Shown: positions 27,365 through 42,223, counted from the stretch's first letter. The stretch: DNA of 64,000 nucleotides from Chrysomallon squamiferum (GCA_012295275.1 CM022678.1:15128001-15192000), one strand, 5' to 3'. Notes: generated by a model from the letters alone, not told the origin. Translations and numbers: made by a program.

Positions 27365-27875
27365 CATATGTATGGTGTGAGGGTGTATGTTTGTATATTA
27401 TATTGTCTGTGGGTGAATGTATGTATACTCTATGTATGTGTATTTTATCTGTGAGAGTTCACATACATTTATTGTATCTGTGTGAGAGTTCACATGTGTA
27501 TTGTATCTGAGAGTTCACATATGTCTATTGTATCTGTATGTCTTGTTTAATGTATGTACAGTGATCTGTGTTAGGATGTATGTAAAAAGATATTCCTTAC
27601 TCTCTCATCTGTCCAATTTGTGACCATATTTCTACAACAATTCCAGGAAATTTGTTTTTGAAAAAATAAACAATGACTTCAGATTAAACACTGACAACTT
27701 AATTATAATATTATTCTAAATATTTTTAAGAAGACAGCTGAATATGAAAATATACTTTTAAAAATAGACTGGATTAAAACATTGAAGTCCAATAAGAGAA
27801 CTAAATAGCAATATTATCATCAAAATTAATTGTGTGTAATTGTGTTTGTATTATATCTGTGTGTGTATTTATAAA

Positions 27876-27926
<51 letters not shown>

Positions 27927-28649
27927 TCATGTGTGTGTCTGTTTGTTTGTCAGTATCAGTATTGATTTAAAAATGATGTTAAAATGTTAATCAATCTTTT
28001 CTGCAGGTGAGAAGGCGGGTGCGACCCTACTTTCTGAGGTCAGCGAGGTGGAAGATGTTTTATGATGTGGTGACGTTCACAGCAACCAGACTCGCCAACG
28101 TCATCATGTGCGCACCCTTCACAGTGCTCGAGTACAAGTCCAGTCTGCGACTAATGGGGTACACAGCTTTTATCTGATTAGTTTACTTTGAAAACCTTAT
28201 TTTGTATATAAATTCAGAGTAATGTTTCTGACTGTATGTACGTACTGTTTATAATTATGTTTAATATATATATAGATATATATACATACTAACGTTTAAT
28301 TCATTTTCTCTTACTTTATATATAAAATAAGAGAAAATAAAGTGATTGTTGAGTTTTATTAATTTTATTGTTATTGTTTTGTTTTTGTTCTTATTACTAT
28401 TACTATCATTGTTGTTATTATTATTATTGTTGTTATTGTTATTGTTGTTATTGTTATTGTTATTGTTATTATTATTGTTATTATTATTGTTATTATTAAT
28501 ATTATTGTTATTGTTGTTGTTGTTATTGTTGTTATTATTGTTATTTCAGGTCTCTGTACTGGTGGATGCACATTTTAGCTGGGCTGGCTATTTGTTACTT
28601 TCACATCCTGAGCCCCACAAAGAGACACGACGAGAAGAAAACACAGTGA
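14090..28649 (+). CDS. MBOAT1/2: MBOAT1/2-type lysophospholipid acyltransferase, paralog A (479 aa)
   Basis: The 12 exons are 14090-14170, 16180-16325, 16905-17072, 17492-17602, 19045-19189, 19497-19541, 20877-20967, 21608-21706, 22524-22627, 23547-23744, 28007-28158 and 28550-28649 (1440 nt, open). Motifs: [48 protein letters not shown]...WLR and [12 protein letters not shown] (catalytic His). The protein ends KKTQ*. Confidence 0.93.
19566..19765. repeat. (CA)n-type microsatellite
   Basis: Long interrupted CA run; it produces the spurious HTHT/CVCV ORFs. Confidence 0.95.
19773..20544 (+). mobile_element. hAT-superfamily DNA transposon, internally deleted
   Basis: A perfect 8-bp TSD GTACAGAC lies at 19765-19772 and 20545-20552. 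The termini are imperfect (TAGAGTTCAAAA ... TTTGCAAACCCAA) with subterminal AATACC/GGTATT repeats. The remnant [18 protein letters not shown] at ~20050-20105 resembles a hAT C-terminal dimerisation domain. Confidence 0.75.
21100..21520. repeat. Compound pentanucleotide microsatellite (TAGTA/GTTGT/AGCAC/GGTAT)
   Basis: Directly visible 5-bp periodicity. Confidence 0.9.
22998..23527. repeat. 48-bp minisatellite, about 11 copies
   Basis: The unit is AGTATAAGTTTAGAATTAAYATGCTGACAGACACRGATGTAATGYAAA. The array ends about 20 nt before the exon-10 acceptor. Confidence 0.95.
24150..24420 (+). mobile_element. Decayed Mutator/MULE transposase fragment
   Basis: The translation [26 protein letters not shown]...QQFSDY..Y.ID...[20 protein letters not shown] fits the MULE C-terminal pattern (L..LP...F.DY...W...FP...WNH...RTNN..E), with key residues decayed. 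Recognised from memory of the family. Confidence 0.55.
24450..24731. mobile_element. hAT (Charlie-like) MITE
   Basis: The imperfect TIRs are TGCTGGTTTTCAACC and GGTTAAAAACCTATG, flanked by a near-identical 8-bp TSD CTATAGGC / CTGTAGGC. Confidence 0.6.
24970..26600. repeat. Long degenerate minisatellite with a unit of about 26 bp (GTATCTRTGTGAGTGTATATGTAYT)
   Basis: Directly visible. Related sequence also occurs at ~23800-23965 and 27370-27570. Confidence 0.9.
26604..27328 (-). mobile_element. Tigger/pogo (Tc1-mariner) non-autonomous element
   Basis: The TIRs CTGTGGTACCTTCACTTATGAG and CTCATAAGTTGAGGTACCACTG match at 19/22 positions, with TA on both flanks. The minus-strand remnant MHPKK...[13 protein letters not shown] resembles the N-terminal HTH of pogo/Tigger transposases. 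Confidence 0.85.
27584..27830 (-). pseudogene. Displaced duplicate of CHID1 exon 6 plus flanking intron
   Basis: Near-identical to 53204-53468 in the same orientation (TATTCCTTAC.CTCTCATCTGTCCAATTTGTGACCATATTTCTACAACAATTCCAGGAAATTTG...). The acceptor AG is lost in the copy. Confidence 0.9.
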
Positions 28650-29804
28650 GGCATGCAGACACGTTCAGCTAGCTAAATAATATATCAACTCACTTTTTAC
28701 TTTTATTTAACATTTATGATAATATTTAATTTACAGAGAAAAACATTAATTTTTATTAGAGAAAAGTAGTGGTAACTGGTTAGTCCACTACAAAAAAAAG
28801 CAAAAAAAAAAAATACTCTAACATTTTAATATTTCATTTACAAATAGTTGTGATTTTTAAATAGGATGTAAGACAGAGAGATGGTTGTTTTTTAATATTT
28901 TACACTTAAAATTTGTTAATATTTCACGTGAATCTTCCATTCATTTCCAATCCATTATTTATAACAACAGAAATTTTTCACTTTTAAGAATTGCTTGTCT
29001 TTCATAGCTTTTTAATACCCTTTTATAACCTTTTGTTTCTTTTTGCAGTTAATAATTACAGACACATATACTGGTTGTTGCTAGAATAGATTACCTTTCA
29101 CATATACAATAATAATAATAATAATAATAATTATAATAATAATTATAATTATTATTATTGTTACTATTATTAAATATTTTGAACTCAGGGTTTAAATTAA
29201 TAATATATATATATATACAGATAGATAGAGGTATAGATACAGATATAATACTCTACTGAAATGTGTTTTAATTCTTATTTATTAAAATGATATACTTGTT
29301 TTATCAAGCATTTATTTGCTTTAAATACAGGGTTGATTTATTAAGGTTAAACAATTTAATATCTTTTTATGAGACTTTTAACTTTTATTGTTTTTAACAC
29401 TTCAAACATTCCATCTTGCACCTCATACTCAGTTCATCACTTGTATGAATGTGTTTAGACTTCCCTTTCATCTTCGTTACAACAACAGACACATAACATC
29501 AGGGAGTTTTATTTTAAATATTTCTATCATTTTGTTTTAGATTATGCAAAACTAATCACTGAACTGTAGATTTGGCTTGGACAGGTTTTAGATTATTCAA
29601 AGTTTCTGTTTTTGGCTTAGAAATCAGAATTTTGTTATTTCGCACCAGCAGCATGTTAAAGAGAGAAAAATGCACGACACAGAAATTTACAGAAATCCTC
29701 AGCACCCCATTAGTCATCTCATCCCTTGCTTTTTTTTAAATTTTAACTACACACGCACACTATTTATAAACAAGTATAAAATCTATTAATCTGTTAGAAC
29801 CAAA

Positions 29805-29850
<46 letters not shown>

Positions 29851-30828
29851 TACTCATCAACTTTAATTGATTATAAACTCTTTGTTTGAAACCTCATAAA
29901 GTAACATTTTAAAAGAGAAACTAGTGAAACATGAATTTGATTCATCAGTCTCATTAAACTTTTCTCTTGTAACTTGAGATTTACTTCACTGAAAAACCCA
30001 CCACTGTGCAGCAGTGTAACCAAGACAGTTGTTTTAGTCTAACTTTGCTTTCATCTTTTTATTGCTGTTTAATAAAAAAATAAAAAATAAAAAAATGAAG
30101 GTAAATAATCCATAATTTGTAACACAAAAAAGAAAATAATTTTTTAAAAATAATAAAATTTTGTAAAAAAAGTTTAAATGACTAATTTGTAATCTAAAAA
30201 AAAAAAATGTTAAGATGATTTTACAATAAGTCACAAATTTGTAACACTAAAAATAATAAAAAAATGTAAATAAAATTTTACAAGTCATCAATTTGTAACA
30301 AAAAATAATAGGTTTTTTCGTTTAGATTTAAGATTTAAAAAAAAAAAAGTAAAACAACTGATTCTTTTTTGTTGCACTTTTTTCTTTTTTAATAACATTT
30401 TCTAACAAAAACACCAGTTTGAAACCAAAAACAAAATCTTCTCTTTTTTAACTTGAATTTTATCACCTCTACACTGTTAGCAAGTCTAACATGTTTTTTT
30501 AGTCTTCTATACCATAAGCACAAAACCTTATATGTACTTCACAGAGTTTCCCCAAAGGACCTACTATGTGTGATAAAATGTTTGTTTTTAGAAATGTTTT
30601 TGTGATTTAATCACTGTTTAGTTATCTGCTAGAGCGAAGTGTATTAGAGAACTTGGGTTCATATCTGATAATATACATCTTACAAATATGAGCCTGGTTA
30701 GTTAAAAATAGACAGGATTAGTAGAGTTTATCTTAGCATAGTGTTTGTTGTTGTTTGTGATTACAAATTTATATGCATAGTTAAGAAATTCTTGCTGCCA
30801 TAAGAGCTGTCAATTTAAAAAAAAAAAA

Positions 30829-30876
<48 letters not shown>

Positions 30877-30968
30877 GCTATGATTATTAATACAACTATT
30901 ATTATTATTATTACTGTTGTTATTTTTATTATTGTTATTACTATTACTAGTAGATAGGCTACTACTAC

Positions 30969-31053
<85 letters not shown>

Positions 31054-34000
31054 CTCTTACATATCAAAATTACCATTTCCTTACCATAATAGTTTCAACA
31101 TTATTTAGAATGTGTCTTGGGTTAGTGTCAGAAGACTGTATCTAGTGGAACAACCAAAAATTAGTTAATCTGTCAGGATCTTTATCTCAGTTGAGATAAA
31201 CTCCTAATTCATTCTTCTGGCAGTAATCCCTCAGAATTTTACTGTATGGATACAAATCTTTTTATTATCATTTTTATTTATCTTATTTAATTTATTTATT
31301 TTTCTTATATGTAGCCATTGATAAATATATATATATATATTAATTCTGCATAATTTATATTAATTATTTGGTGGTATTATTTTCTTCTCTCTCAAAAAAT
31401 ATTATTTATACTGTTTGTGATGTATAATTTCATATACCTTTTTAATCACTTTACTCCAGATTTCATATTATATGTCATAATAAGGAATGTTTTTTAGTTT
31501 GGATATGCATGAATTTAATATATCACTACACACATAAAAAAGAAACTTGCAATATTAACTATGTATTTATATAAAAAGAGCACAATTGTGAAGTTTGAGT
31601 GTCTAAAATATGCATCTTATAGAAGCTAACTGAAGAAGTCATGATTGCTGGTTTTATAGATATAAAGGTTTACCTGAGTGAAGTCAGCATAAACAAGGTT
31701 TCAAAAATATATAAAAATATATATAATTAAAAGTTTAAAAATTCACAATTTAAAATATTTATTTTTTGCAAAAAATTAATTTGAATAGTGTAACAAGCAC
31801 AAAGGGACACCACTCTTGCCTGCTTTTTCTACTTTTTTTTTTGCCTTTATCAGGTTTTTAATGATTTTACAATTTATCATCAGAAGAAATTATTCTCTTT
31901 ATAACAGCTTAAAAATAAAACAGTAATTATAATTTTATAACATTACAAATTAATTATATTTTATAGGAAAACAGAGAAAGTTTCTTAAGCAGTTTGTCAA
32001 TTTGTGTGTTATTGTTCTAGGTGTGTTTGTTCTGGACAAAACTGCTTTTTAATGTGTGATTGTTGTTTTGTGAAGATGAGCATGGGTGAGTCTGTTGTGA
32101 TATTTGTCTGTCAGCATTATCTAACTAAATCATTGGATACTTGTTAATGATGAAGACATTGCAAAATGGCAGTACTAAAATAAAAACTAAATTAGTTGTA
32201 ATATCAACGAAATTTGCCAGAAAGTTGTATAACAGATTTATATTTCTTTGTAATATTTCTTATTCATTTATTATTATTATTGTTGTTGATATTATTATTG
32301 TTATTATTTTAATAGTATTTATTTATTATTGATATTATTTTATTATTATTATTTAATTATTTATGTATAGCAATTTTGATATTTATTTATTGTTACTTAT
32401 TTATTTATTCATTTATTATTATGATTTCTTTTTATATCTGTGTTTGACTTCAGCTTGTTTTAGTTTCTTAGGCATTGGCATGGTGCAGCTTAATTGTTTG
32501 AACTAAAAATTACACATGAAAAGAAATTATTATTTCACAAAACTTTTATTCAGCTGAAATAATAAAATTATTTACTCTGTGAAAGTCTATGTTACTTCAT
32601 CTGCTTATTATTGTTTTGTTCATGTTTAAAATATTTTTATTAAATTTTGTTTCTCCATTTTGCAGTGTTCACCATATTACCTGTATTCAGTTTATCTGTG
32701 AAGAAATTATTTATAGCAAATTATACCTACTAAGCACAAATCAAATAATGTTATTACTTGAAATAAAATAGTAAATGCCCAGCATTGTGTTTGTTGTTAA
32801 AGTTGTACAGAACTAAAAATTAGTAATGTTTACTCATTATTTTGCAGACACCGTTTACAAAATGTGGGTAAGTTTTATTGATGGGGTGGTCTGTGATGAT
32901 CTTAAAAACAAAATGTATAATACCAATCAGATCAGAATAATAAAAATAACATCATTTTTCTGATCTGACAGATATGTTAATATACTGGCCATGGCCTTGT
33001 TTTTTAACATAACCAAACAAATATGAAATATAAAATCTGAAAGCTGTTAGTGAAAAAGATAACAACAGACATCCGTGGTATACAAAATAGTTTGTTATTC
33101 ACTTAATTCTGTCATATTCTTCATTTAGCATTAATTCAGCATTCTCTCAGCATTCACTCTGCAGCATTCAGCATTCATTTATTGAGGAACTGGTTAATGC
33201 CATATGAAGAGTTATTTCATAATGTGAAAAAGCTCATGATCCTGAATGCTTTTGTGAAGTTACACAATTTCTGAAATTAAAAGAAATGTCTCAAGTATTT
33301 AAAATCGTTTATTGATCTTGAGTAGTTAGGCAGTTATCCAAACACACACTCAACAAACAACACATAAATTAATTTCTAATCTTGATTAAAACATTTCTAC
33401 AATCATAGAAAAAAGTAAAAGAATTAAATAAACGTAACTGTTAAAATATAATTATCAACTAATACTGTTTTTAATTAGGGATTATTGCCCCTAATCTACT
33501 AAAACCGGGATTAATTTCAGGAATAATTCAAAGAGTAAAACAAATTTAAATAATCAATGTTAAAGGGAAAATTAAAAAATACAAATTTATCACACAATGA
33601 AATATTTCACTAACCTCGGAATTTTCAAATCAAAAGAGTGGAATAAAAGAAAAAAGAAATAGTTTATGAAAAGTAACAAATGTAAGAAACCATTTGTACA
33701 AGGTAATAATATAATACAAAAGCAAAATTTTCATGTATAATTATTAGAATAATAAATTTATCTATTTTAAACTGATAATAATAAATAAGCAGCAAAATTA
33801 AAATCAGTTATTAAACCTGTCCTGAAAGATCAAGGTTTATTATGAATAAATTATTTTCAAGTAATATTTAAATTTTTTTCATTTTAATTTTAGTTTTATA
33901 ATTTGATATAATGAATAAATTAATAAATAAAAAAAAAAAAAATAATAATAATAGTATGAAGCAAAATTCTTTATACAATAGCTCACCCACTGTAAATGTA

Positions 34001-35492
34001 TTAAAATGAATGTTTTTTCGTTGTATAACGTGTTATATTTTAAATTAGGTTAGGCTGACAGTAAAATAAAGTTTGAACAAACTGATCACAATGACACAAG
34101 TAATTTTTGTTACTAAGCAGGTTAGATAAATGGTTACTGTTAATTAAAATAATAATAACATGTTTAAATTAAAGCACTATAAATAAAAACTAAATCTGCA
34201 TGCAAGTAGAAATATAAAATAAGAAAAATACAAACAACCAGTATATTCACATATTTTGATTTTCAAAAGTAACCTGATATTAAAATTTATTAAGATATAT
34301 ATATTCTTTTAAGAAGAGAAAAAAAAAAAAAATACAATCCTACCTGTAAATAAAAGAAATTATTAATATAAATCATTTATTTCAATTAAAAAAGTAAGTA
34401 GCAAGAAAACTAAATAAGATTATTTTTTTTATATATATATAAAAATGCACTCTCACTTGCACTTGATAAAGGAAAAAAAAAGGATGAAAAACGTTTTTAC
34501 CTCACACATGACACAATCATCCTAATACTGTTTAATTGTTATTGCAGGAATGTTGGAAGAGTATTTTAAAATAGTCTTATGCACAGCTGACAATACAAAA
34601 ATCTTTTACTTTCTTTCACAAATGTGACCCTGTACATCGAAACATGTATTAAGTCATGCAAATTAGTAACATTTGTTTGATTTTTGATCAAGATCCCACC
34701 TCTTATCTTATCTTAGCTGTGTTGTCAGGCTGGAATTAACAAAACATATTCTACACTTACTTAATTATACGGTATTCTACAAAAATATCATATTGTTTGT
34801 TTATCATCACCATTATTTTACAATTATTATTATTACTGAATTGTTAGATCAGTATTTACTTTTAATTATAGGCATTTCAATCAAATATTAAAGCATTTAA
34901 ATGTTATAAATCAGAAAAATGATATTTTTCAGTTAAAAGTTCTGAAGTGAAAATTGAGACTAAATACTTGATTTAAAATACAGGGTCACAAATACAGGTC
35001 AAAATACCAGTTTGGTATTTATAACCTTTATTCTGAGAATGTAAATTTGTTTATGATAAATATTAGTTTGCCAAAAGGTACAAATATGTTTGATTTTAAA
35101 ATTTTCATTGAAATAAATGCAATATCTGTCATGGTTTTTCTGTCATAATTAATACATAATAATCTAAACATACACAACAATAATCCTGAGAAAAATTATT
35201 GTAAAAGAAAATTCAAATGACTGTAACAAAAATTTTAAAAATAACTGTAATGAAACAATTGTATTAGAAACACAAATATTGTAATGAAAACTTAAACAAT
35301 TGTATTAGAAACACAAATATTGTAATGAAAACTTAAACAATTGTATTAAAAACTGAAATCGTTGTAATGAAAACATTACCACTGTAATTAAAAAAAAAAA
35401 AAAAAAAAATTTAAAAACGAATATACTTATTAAAAACTCATAGATGTAATAAAAATTCAAACATAATTAAAAAACTGAAACAACTGTAACAT

Positions 35493-35523
<31 letters not shown>

Positions 35524-36018
35524 AATAAATAAATAAACAAACAAAAGTAGTGGTAAAATAAAATATTTGTAATAAAATCAACAACAATAAAAAATGATAC
35601 ATTTTATGAGCATTAACAAATCAAAACCAAAAATAAAAAAATAAAATATATATTATTTAATAATAATATTAAAAATAATTATTATAATGTTTTCAACATA
35701 TTATCATTCATATGTACTCTACTGGTGGAATAATTTTCATTATCATATAAACTGGTTAGAAAGAGATTTTAAAATTTATTTAAAACCTCAAAAATTTTAA
35801 CTTTATTTAACTGTTTTTGGTCCAACAATTTTATTTACATTTTAAATTAATTTATGTAAAGTTTTAAAGATATATTAATAACCAAAGCATTCTATTTGGT
35901 AGCATAGTGCAAGAAAACTGTGTTCAAAAGATTTACCTCTAATATACATATATTATTACAGAAACAGAACGGTAACCTCAAGTAAGTATTTTGTGAAAAA
36001 AATGTAAATTTGTACATG

Positions 36019-36075
<57 letters not shown>

Positions 36076-37045
36076 TAAGTTATTTTTTCATTTTGTTTTC
36101 ACTGGTCATAATAATGAAACAATTTGAAGTGGTTACAGGATAAAAATGTTCATACTGAGATGTGGTATGTTTGTAATATACATGAAACAGTGTTAAACAT
36201 TTTTTGAGTTAAAAAAGCTAACATACTCTAACATATACAAAACACTGAAAATAAACTGCTAGTTTTTAAACACATATTTGTATTAGTTACCAAAATTATC
36301 ATAGAAGAAAACAAAAACATTTCAAAAATACTTTTAAAGCTGCTTTTATAAAAATCACACTGATTATGTTTAAAATCTAAGTCTTTATCATAAATTATCT
36401 GGAATGATGAATATATAACTTTATGACTACAAATATTTCTTAATAGTTTTTACACCTAAATGTCTTTTTATGGCTATATTTAAACAATAAATAATTAATT
36501 AATGAAAGAAAAACTAATAAAACTATAGGAATGATTATGATTGATAAATATTTCAATTTTTTCAAGTATGGTTTTATCCAAATATAAAATAATCAAAGGT
36601 CTATCTAGTATAAAATGTTTTCACAGACACAGCAGTGAAATTAATTTACATACAGAAAAATTTCCATGAGCTTGTTAGTTTGAGGTAAGATTGAAAAATA
36701 ATTTCTTTATCACACAAATTTATTAATTGTTTTTGAAATTAAAAAATGTATTATAAACAAATCAGTAAAAACAGACACACAAACAGACAGACCTGATTTC
36801 TCAAAAAACAAAAAAGACAGTGGAAACAACTTCGTCAAAACTGTAAATCAGCAGAAATTTCACATATTATTGCACAGAAACAAAAAGATTTAATGATATA
36901 TAAGCAAACATAATTAATACAATTTTGGCATTCAAAGGAGAATGTAATTTGTTAATGGCACATGACATATACAGTTCATGTACACGTCACACACAGTCTA
37001 TGGCTATTTTGAAAGGTATAAAAATAATTTTTAAAATTTTATAAA

Positions 37046-39113
37046 TTACACATTCTTTGACTTTTCACAGTTAGCTGGAACAGAATTAGTGGAATCACTT
37101 CCACCCTTCCTCTCTTTTGAAGATTTCCCTGATGGCAGTAACACAGCCAACGTCACAATAAGAATATGACCAAACCAGTACACGTTGCTGAAACACAAAA
37201 CACATCCTCACTTTAAATATATAACAACAACTCTTATTCAACAACATTATCTCTTTAGAAATATAACAATTCTTGAATCAGGAATATCAGTTGAACAGAA
37301 TTATCAAATGAACAAAACTAACTAACTAAAACATACACTTTTGATTAAAAAAGAAATGTATTAAAACAAAAGAATATACTCCATTATGAAAGAACTGGAC
37401 AGATAAGTATAAAGAACTGGACAGATAATTATAATAAAGAACTGGACAGATAAGTATAAAGAACTGGACAGATAATTATAAAGAACTGGTCAGATAATTA
37501 TAATAAAGAACTGGACAGATAATTATAATAAAGAACTGGACAGATAATTACAATAAAGAACTGGACAGATAATTATAATAAAGAACTGGACAGATAATTA
37601 TAATAAAGAACTGGACAGATAAGTATAAAGAACTGGACAGATAATTACAATAAAGAACTGGACAGATAATTTTAAAGAACTGGTCAGATAATTATAATAA
37701 AGAACTGGACAGATAAATATAAAGAACTGGACAGATAAGTATAAAGAACTGGACAGATAACTGTTTTGTATAAAGCACTGGACAGATAATTATAAAGAAC
37801 TGATAAGATAATTATAATAAAGAACTGGACAGATAGCTGTTTTGTATAAAGAACTGGACAGGTAACTGTTTTGTATAAAGCACTGGACAGGTAACTGTTT
37901 TGTATAAAGCACTGGACAGATAATTATAAAGAACTGGACAGGTAACTGTTTTGTATAAAGCACTGGACAGGTAACTGTTTTGTAAGGTAATTATAAAGCA
38001 CTGGAGAGCTAATTAAACTTACTTATAAAATGTTATTGTGGGGCCGAGGTCGAGCAGAACGAAGGGTACAACGACGTAGGCCATTGTGATGTGAGTTCCC
38101 AACCACGTGACAACTGCATAGACACGCTGCATCTGTGACGACTTCTGAAACAGTGGACGGACATTACGTCTGATCTGAAACAAACACAGCGCCAACATTT
38201 AAACCATGTTATTAATAAAACACTGCACTGTCATTATTTATATATTTAGAATACAGGAGGTATATATAACAGTAGATTTACATAACTGTGTTAGTCATAA
38301 AATACTTATATAAATCTATATTAAAAAACACAGAAATTATATTATTAATAAAACACTGAATTTAACAGATGATAGAACAAAAAATCAGTTTGTTGTAACA
38401 AGAAGTGTATATCTCTATGGTGACATCCTACATCATAAAGAATTGTAACAACACCAACCTTCCTGCCAACAACGGTAACGACAGCAGCAGTAGTGAACAT
38501 GATGGAGTAGCCAGGATAAATTCCATGCCACAAGGCACTCAAAATAAACGTCAACAACGTCGGCATGAACGGTGCTCTGATGTAACACGAATGTCGCAAC
38601 CACGCCATCGTCAGAATGTTCCAGTTATCCATGTAGGTTTTAAAACTGGTCGCTAGCTGCAAGCACCATTCACACCCACAGAAACAAGCAAAGAGTTACA
38701 TCAATTAATTAAATAATGATTTACACTGAACAGAACAGATAAACCAACTGGCTTTGTCAGACAGCATGCTTCACAACAGCTGATTAGCATTTGTTTTATC
38801 ATCATCAATTTAATAATGATTTATACTGAACATAAGCCTAGATACATCAAAATATAATAACTAATAATAATAATTATGTAATATATAAATGATAATAATT
38901 AGTAATGTAATTTTTTAAAACAATATTTAGAATTATATTATTTTTAATCATTTTTTTTAAAGATATTTCAAAATCACACACCATACATGAAATATTACAA
39001 ACTATTTTAAATTCATATTAACATAAATGAAGAAAGCTAAACATTATCATCAACTGAATAATGATTTATAACCAAGCATAAAACAAACAAATAAAGTATT
39101 TAAAATAATGATA

Positions 39114-39144
<31 letters not shown>

Positions 39145-42100
39145 CTAATGTGATTTTTAAAAACAATATTTAGTGTAATATAGAATATTATTTTTAATAT
39201 TTTAATAACTGATATTGAAAAATCACATTACTGATAACATTATTACTATTATTATTAATATAGAATATAATTTTTAATCATTTATTTTCATGAAATACAT
39301 TTGACAGAATATTTAAATTCATATCAACATAAATACAGAAAGCTAAACATTAACATCAATTAAATACTGTTTATGAAAAAAAAGGAAATTATTTATTATT
39401 ATTTAAATGACAATTATAATTATGAGTAATTTTAAAAAAATAATATTTAGAGTAATACAGGATATTATTTTTACTCATATTTAAAAATCACACACCATTC
39501 ATGAAATACGAATGACATTATTTTAAATATCTCACCTCAATTTTGAAGAAGTTTACGTTGGTCATCATGTTCCATTTTGGTTTTCCTGTCTCATCAAACC
39601 CATTGAAACCTAACCCTGCTGCATTGTTCACAGCATCAGCTACAACACACACAGTGTATCAGTTGAAACAGTTCAACAAACATCACAATGTTATTTATCA
39701 CATTTAAATGGTAATTAAGTTAACATCTATATTTTCATTATTATCAATGTTACAGGTAACAGGAAATTACATTAAAAAATAATAATAATAAAATAAATAA
39801 AAAATTTTAAAAATTGAAAAAGGTTCATATATATATATATATATGTTTCTCTCGCAAAACACACACACACACACAGTTATATACAGATAGCACATTTATA
39901 ATACTTTATTTGTCACTTTCTTGACTGGAAGCAGTATTTCGAACATTAATTCACTATAAAAAAACTATTATAAAAATTATAGAAAATTGGAATAGTAATT
40001 ATTCTGTAATGATAATTATGAACAACTGAACAGATTACACACAATAAGACAAATACAACAAGAAATGTTTCTTTTGTTACTATATTTTTTTAAAGTCATT
40101 TTATTTAACGTTTGTTACCCAGAGTCCAGCCAATGTAGTAACGTATTCGATATCCAAACAGACATATGTACAGATAGACAGCCCTGTAGAAAATATTGTG
40201 TTTGTTTATAAAGTCATCATCTGAAAAATAAATAACAACAAAAAAAAGTAAAATCTATTCCTAAACAATTAATCAGTTTTTATAAACCTTCTCCATTTTG
40301 TCAATAAAGGCTATACTTTAAAACTTAATATATTTTAAAGATAGCTTATTTTATATTGCAGAATTTTCTTTGTAATGTTATTTACAACGAAGCCAGTCTG
40401 TAATAAAGAAAACCCATGTCACTGTTATACTTGTCACATGTCACTGTCATACTTGTCACATGTCACTGTTGTACTTGTCACATGTCACTGTTGTACTTGT
40501 CACATGTCACTGTTGTACTTGTCACATGTCACTGTTGTACTTGTCACGTCACTGTTGTACTTGTCACATGTCACTGTTGTACTTGCTATTTAAATTACTG
40601 AATAGGAGCTACAGCTATTTTGTATGCACTTTTATGCAAAAAATCGTGTTAGATGCCTTTGATAAATAGGTTATGGAGCACTGGTTGGAACAAGAATTAG
40701 CTCAATGATTACACTAAACAGACTTGATGTTTGACTAATCAGACTGAGTGTTTCATTCAAACAAAAAGAAGAAAATTACAATTGATGACAATTCAGTTCA
40801 TGGTGAAGTTTATTACCAACAAAAAATTCTGATATTACTTAAGTTTATTTCTAAATTATGTTTACATTTCAAATAATTGTCTGTGTTGTTAACATCAAAC
40901 AATACAATGGAAATAGTAAATACACTTAATGGGTTTACTTTTTTTTAAATATTGTATTAAATTGAAAATGTGTGTATGTAGGTGTGTGTGTGTGTATACA
41001 TAAACATACACACATACCCACTCACAGTCACACCCAATACACAAACATTTTTAAAATTATGATTCTCAGGTTATGTTAATATATATTAATTATAGCAGTA
41101 AAATTATAAATATTAAATATTTTTAGGATAAATGTCAAGTTGTGAGGTACCTAACAGAACAGAAAACGGAACGTGTGGAACCAGGAAGACAAAGGTCATT
41201 ATTAACAGCAAACTTGCAAACAACTTGTTTCTCACTGCCTCCTGAAATTACAAAAACATTAAACTTATTAAAATATTTGTTGTTCATAAAGTTATCAGTA
41301 ATATGATAATCTTAATATTATTTTTGGATTATTTTGTGTGTATTTTTAACAACCTTTATATATATATATATATATATAAAAATATGTGATAATTAAATTA
41401 TATATTTTATACTTAAATTATTATCCATGTTTTCATTTTAACTATACTAAAGATTTTTCATATTCATATATAAAGTGATTATTAAACATATACAAAAAAA
41501 AATCCTGAAGAATACTGAGATTTTATATATATATATATATAAAACAAACACATGTGATATTTAAATTATATATGTTTTCATTTTAACTATACTAAAGTTT
41601 TTTTTCATATAAAGTGATTATTAAACAAACACAGCTGAATATAAAGACAACAAATACTTAAATCTGAACTCACCACGGGGGATACTTCAACCGGGTGACT
41701 GTTGTGTGTTCCCTCAGAACCTGTTTTCTGTGACAGAAGAGTTACATGTTAATTAGTTAACTAAACTGTTTATTTAACAAGTTCTGCAGCTGCTGTACAC
41801 ACAATCAGACTAAATCAGGACTCCTGAATGTGTCAGACAGTCACAGTTATGTTTCAAATCCATATTCATGATTTAATGATTATTGAATTTTATTAAATCT
41901 GCAGTATAACCTTGTTGTTTGGTGCAAAGGTTCAATCATAGACCTACTTTTTCATAAAGTTTAACTAGGATATGCAAGCACTGCCATAAAAAACATTATT
42001 TTAAAAATTTTAGCTCTGTGAAATTTTAACTTGGTAATTTTACCTGATAAAAATATCTTTAAAAAACCCCAATTTTTTCAATTTCAAATTAAAAATTAAT

Positions 42101-42171
42101 ACATATTATTGTCTGTAATGCTGAAAATACACAATCAGTGTGTAAATGTTTTTTAAAAATAAATAAAATAA

Positions 42172-42223
<52 letters not shown>

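Noticed and set aside
28650-37045. Hidden gene between the two MBOATs
   Set aside because: The region is very AT-rich, with only low-complexity ORFs and no exon chain or RNA gene recognisable.
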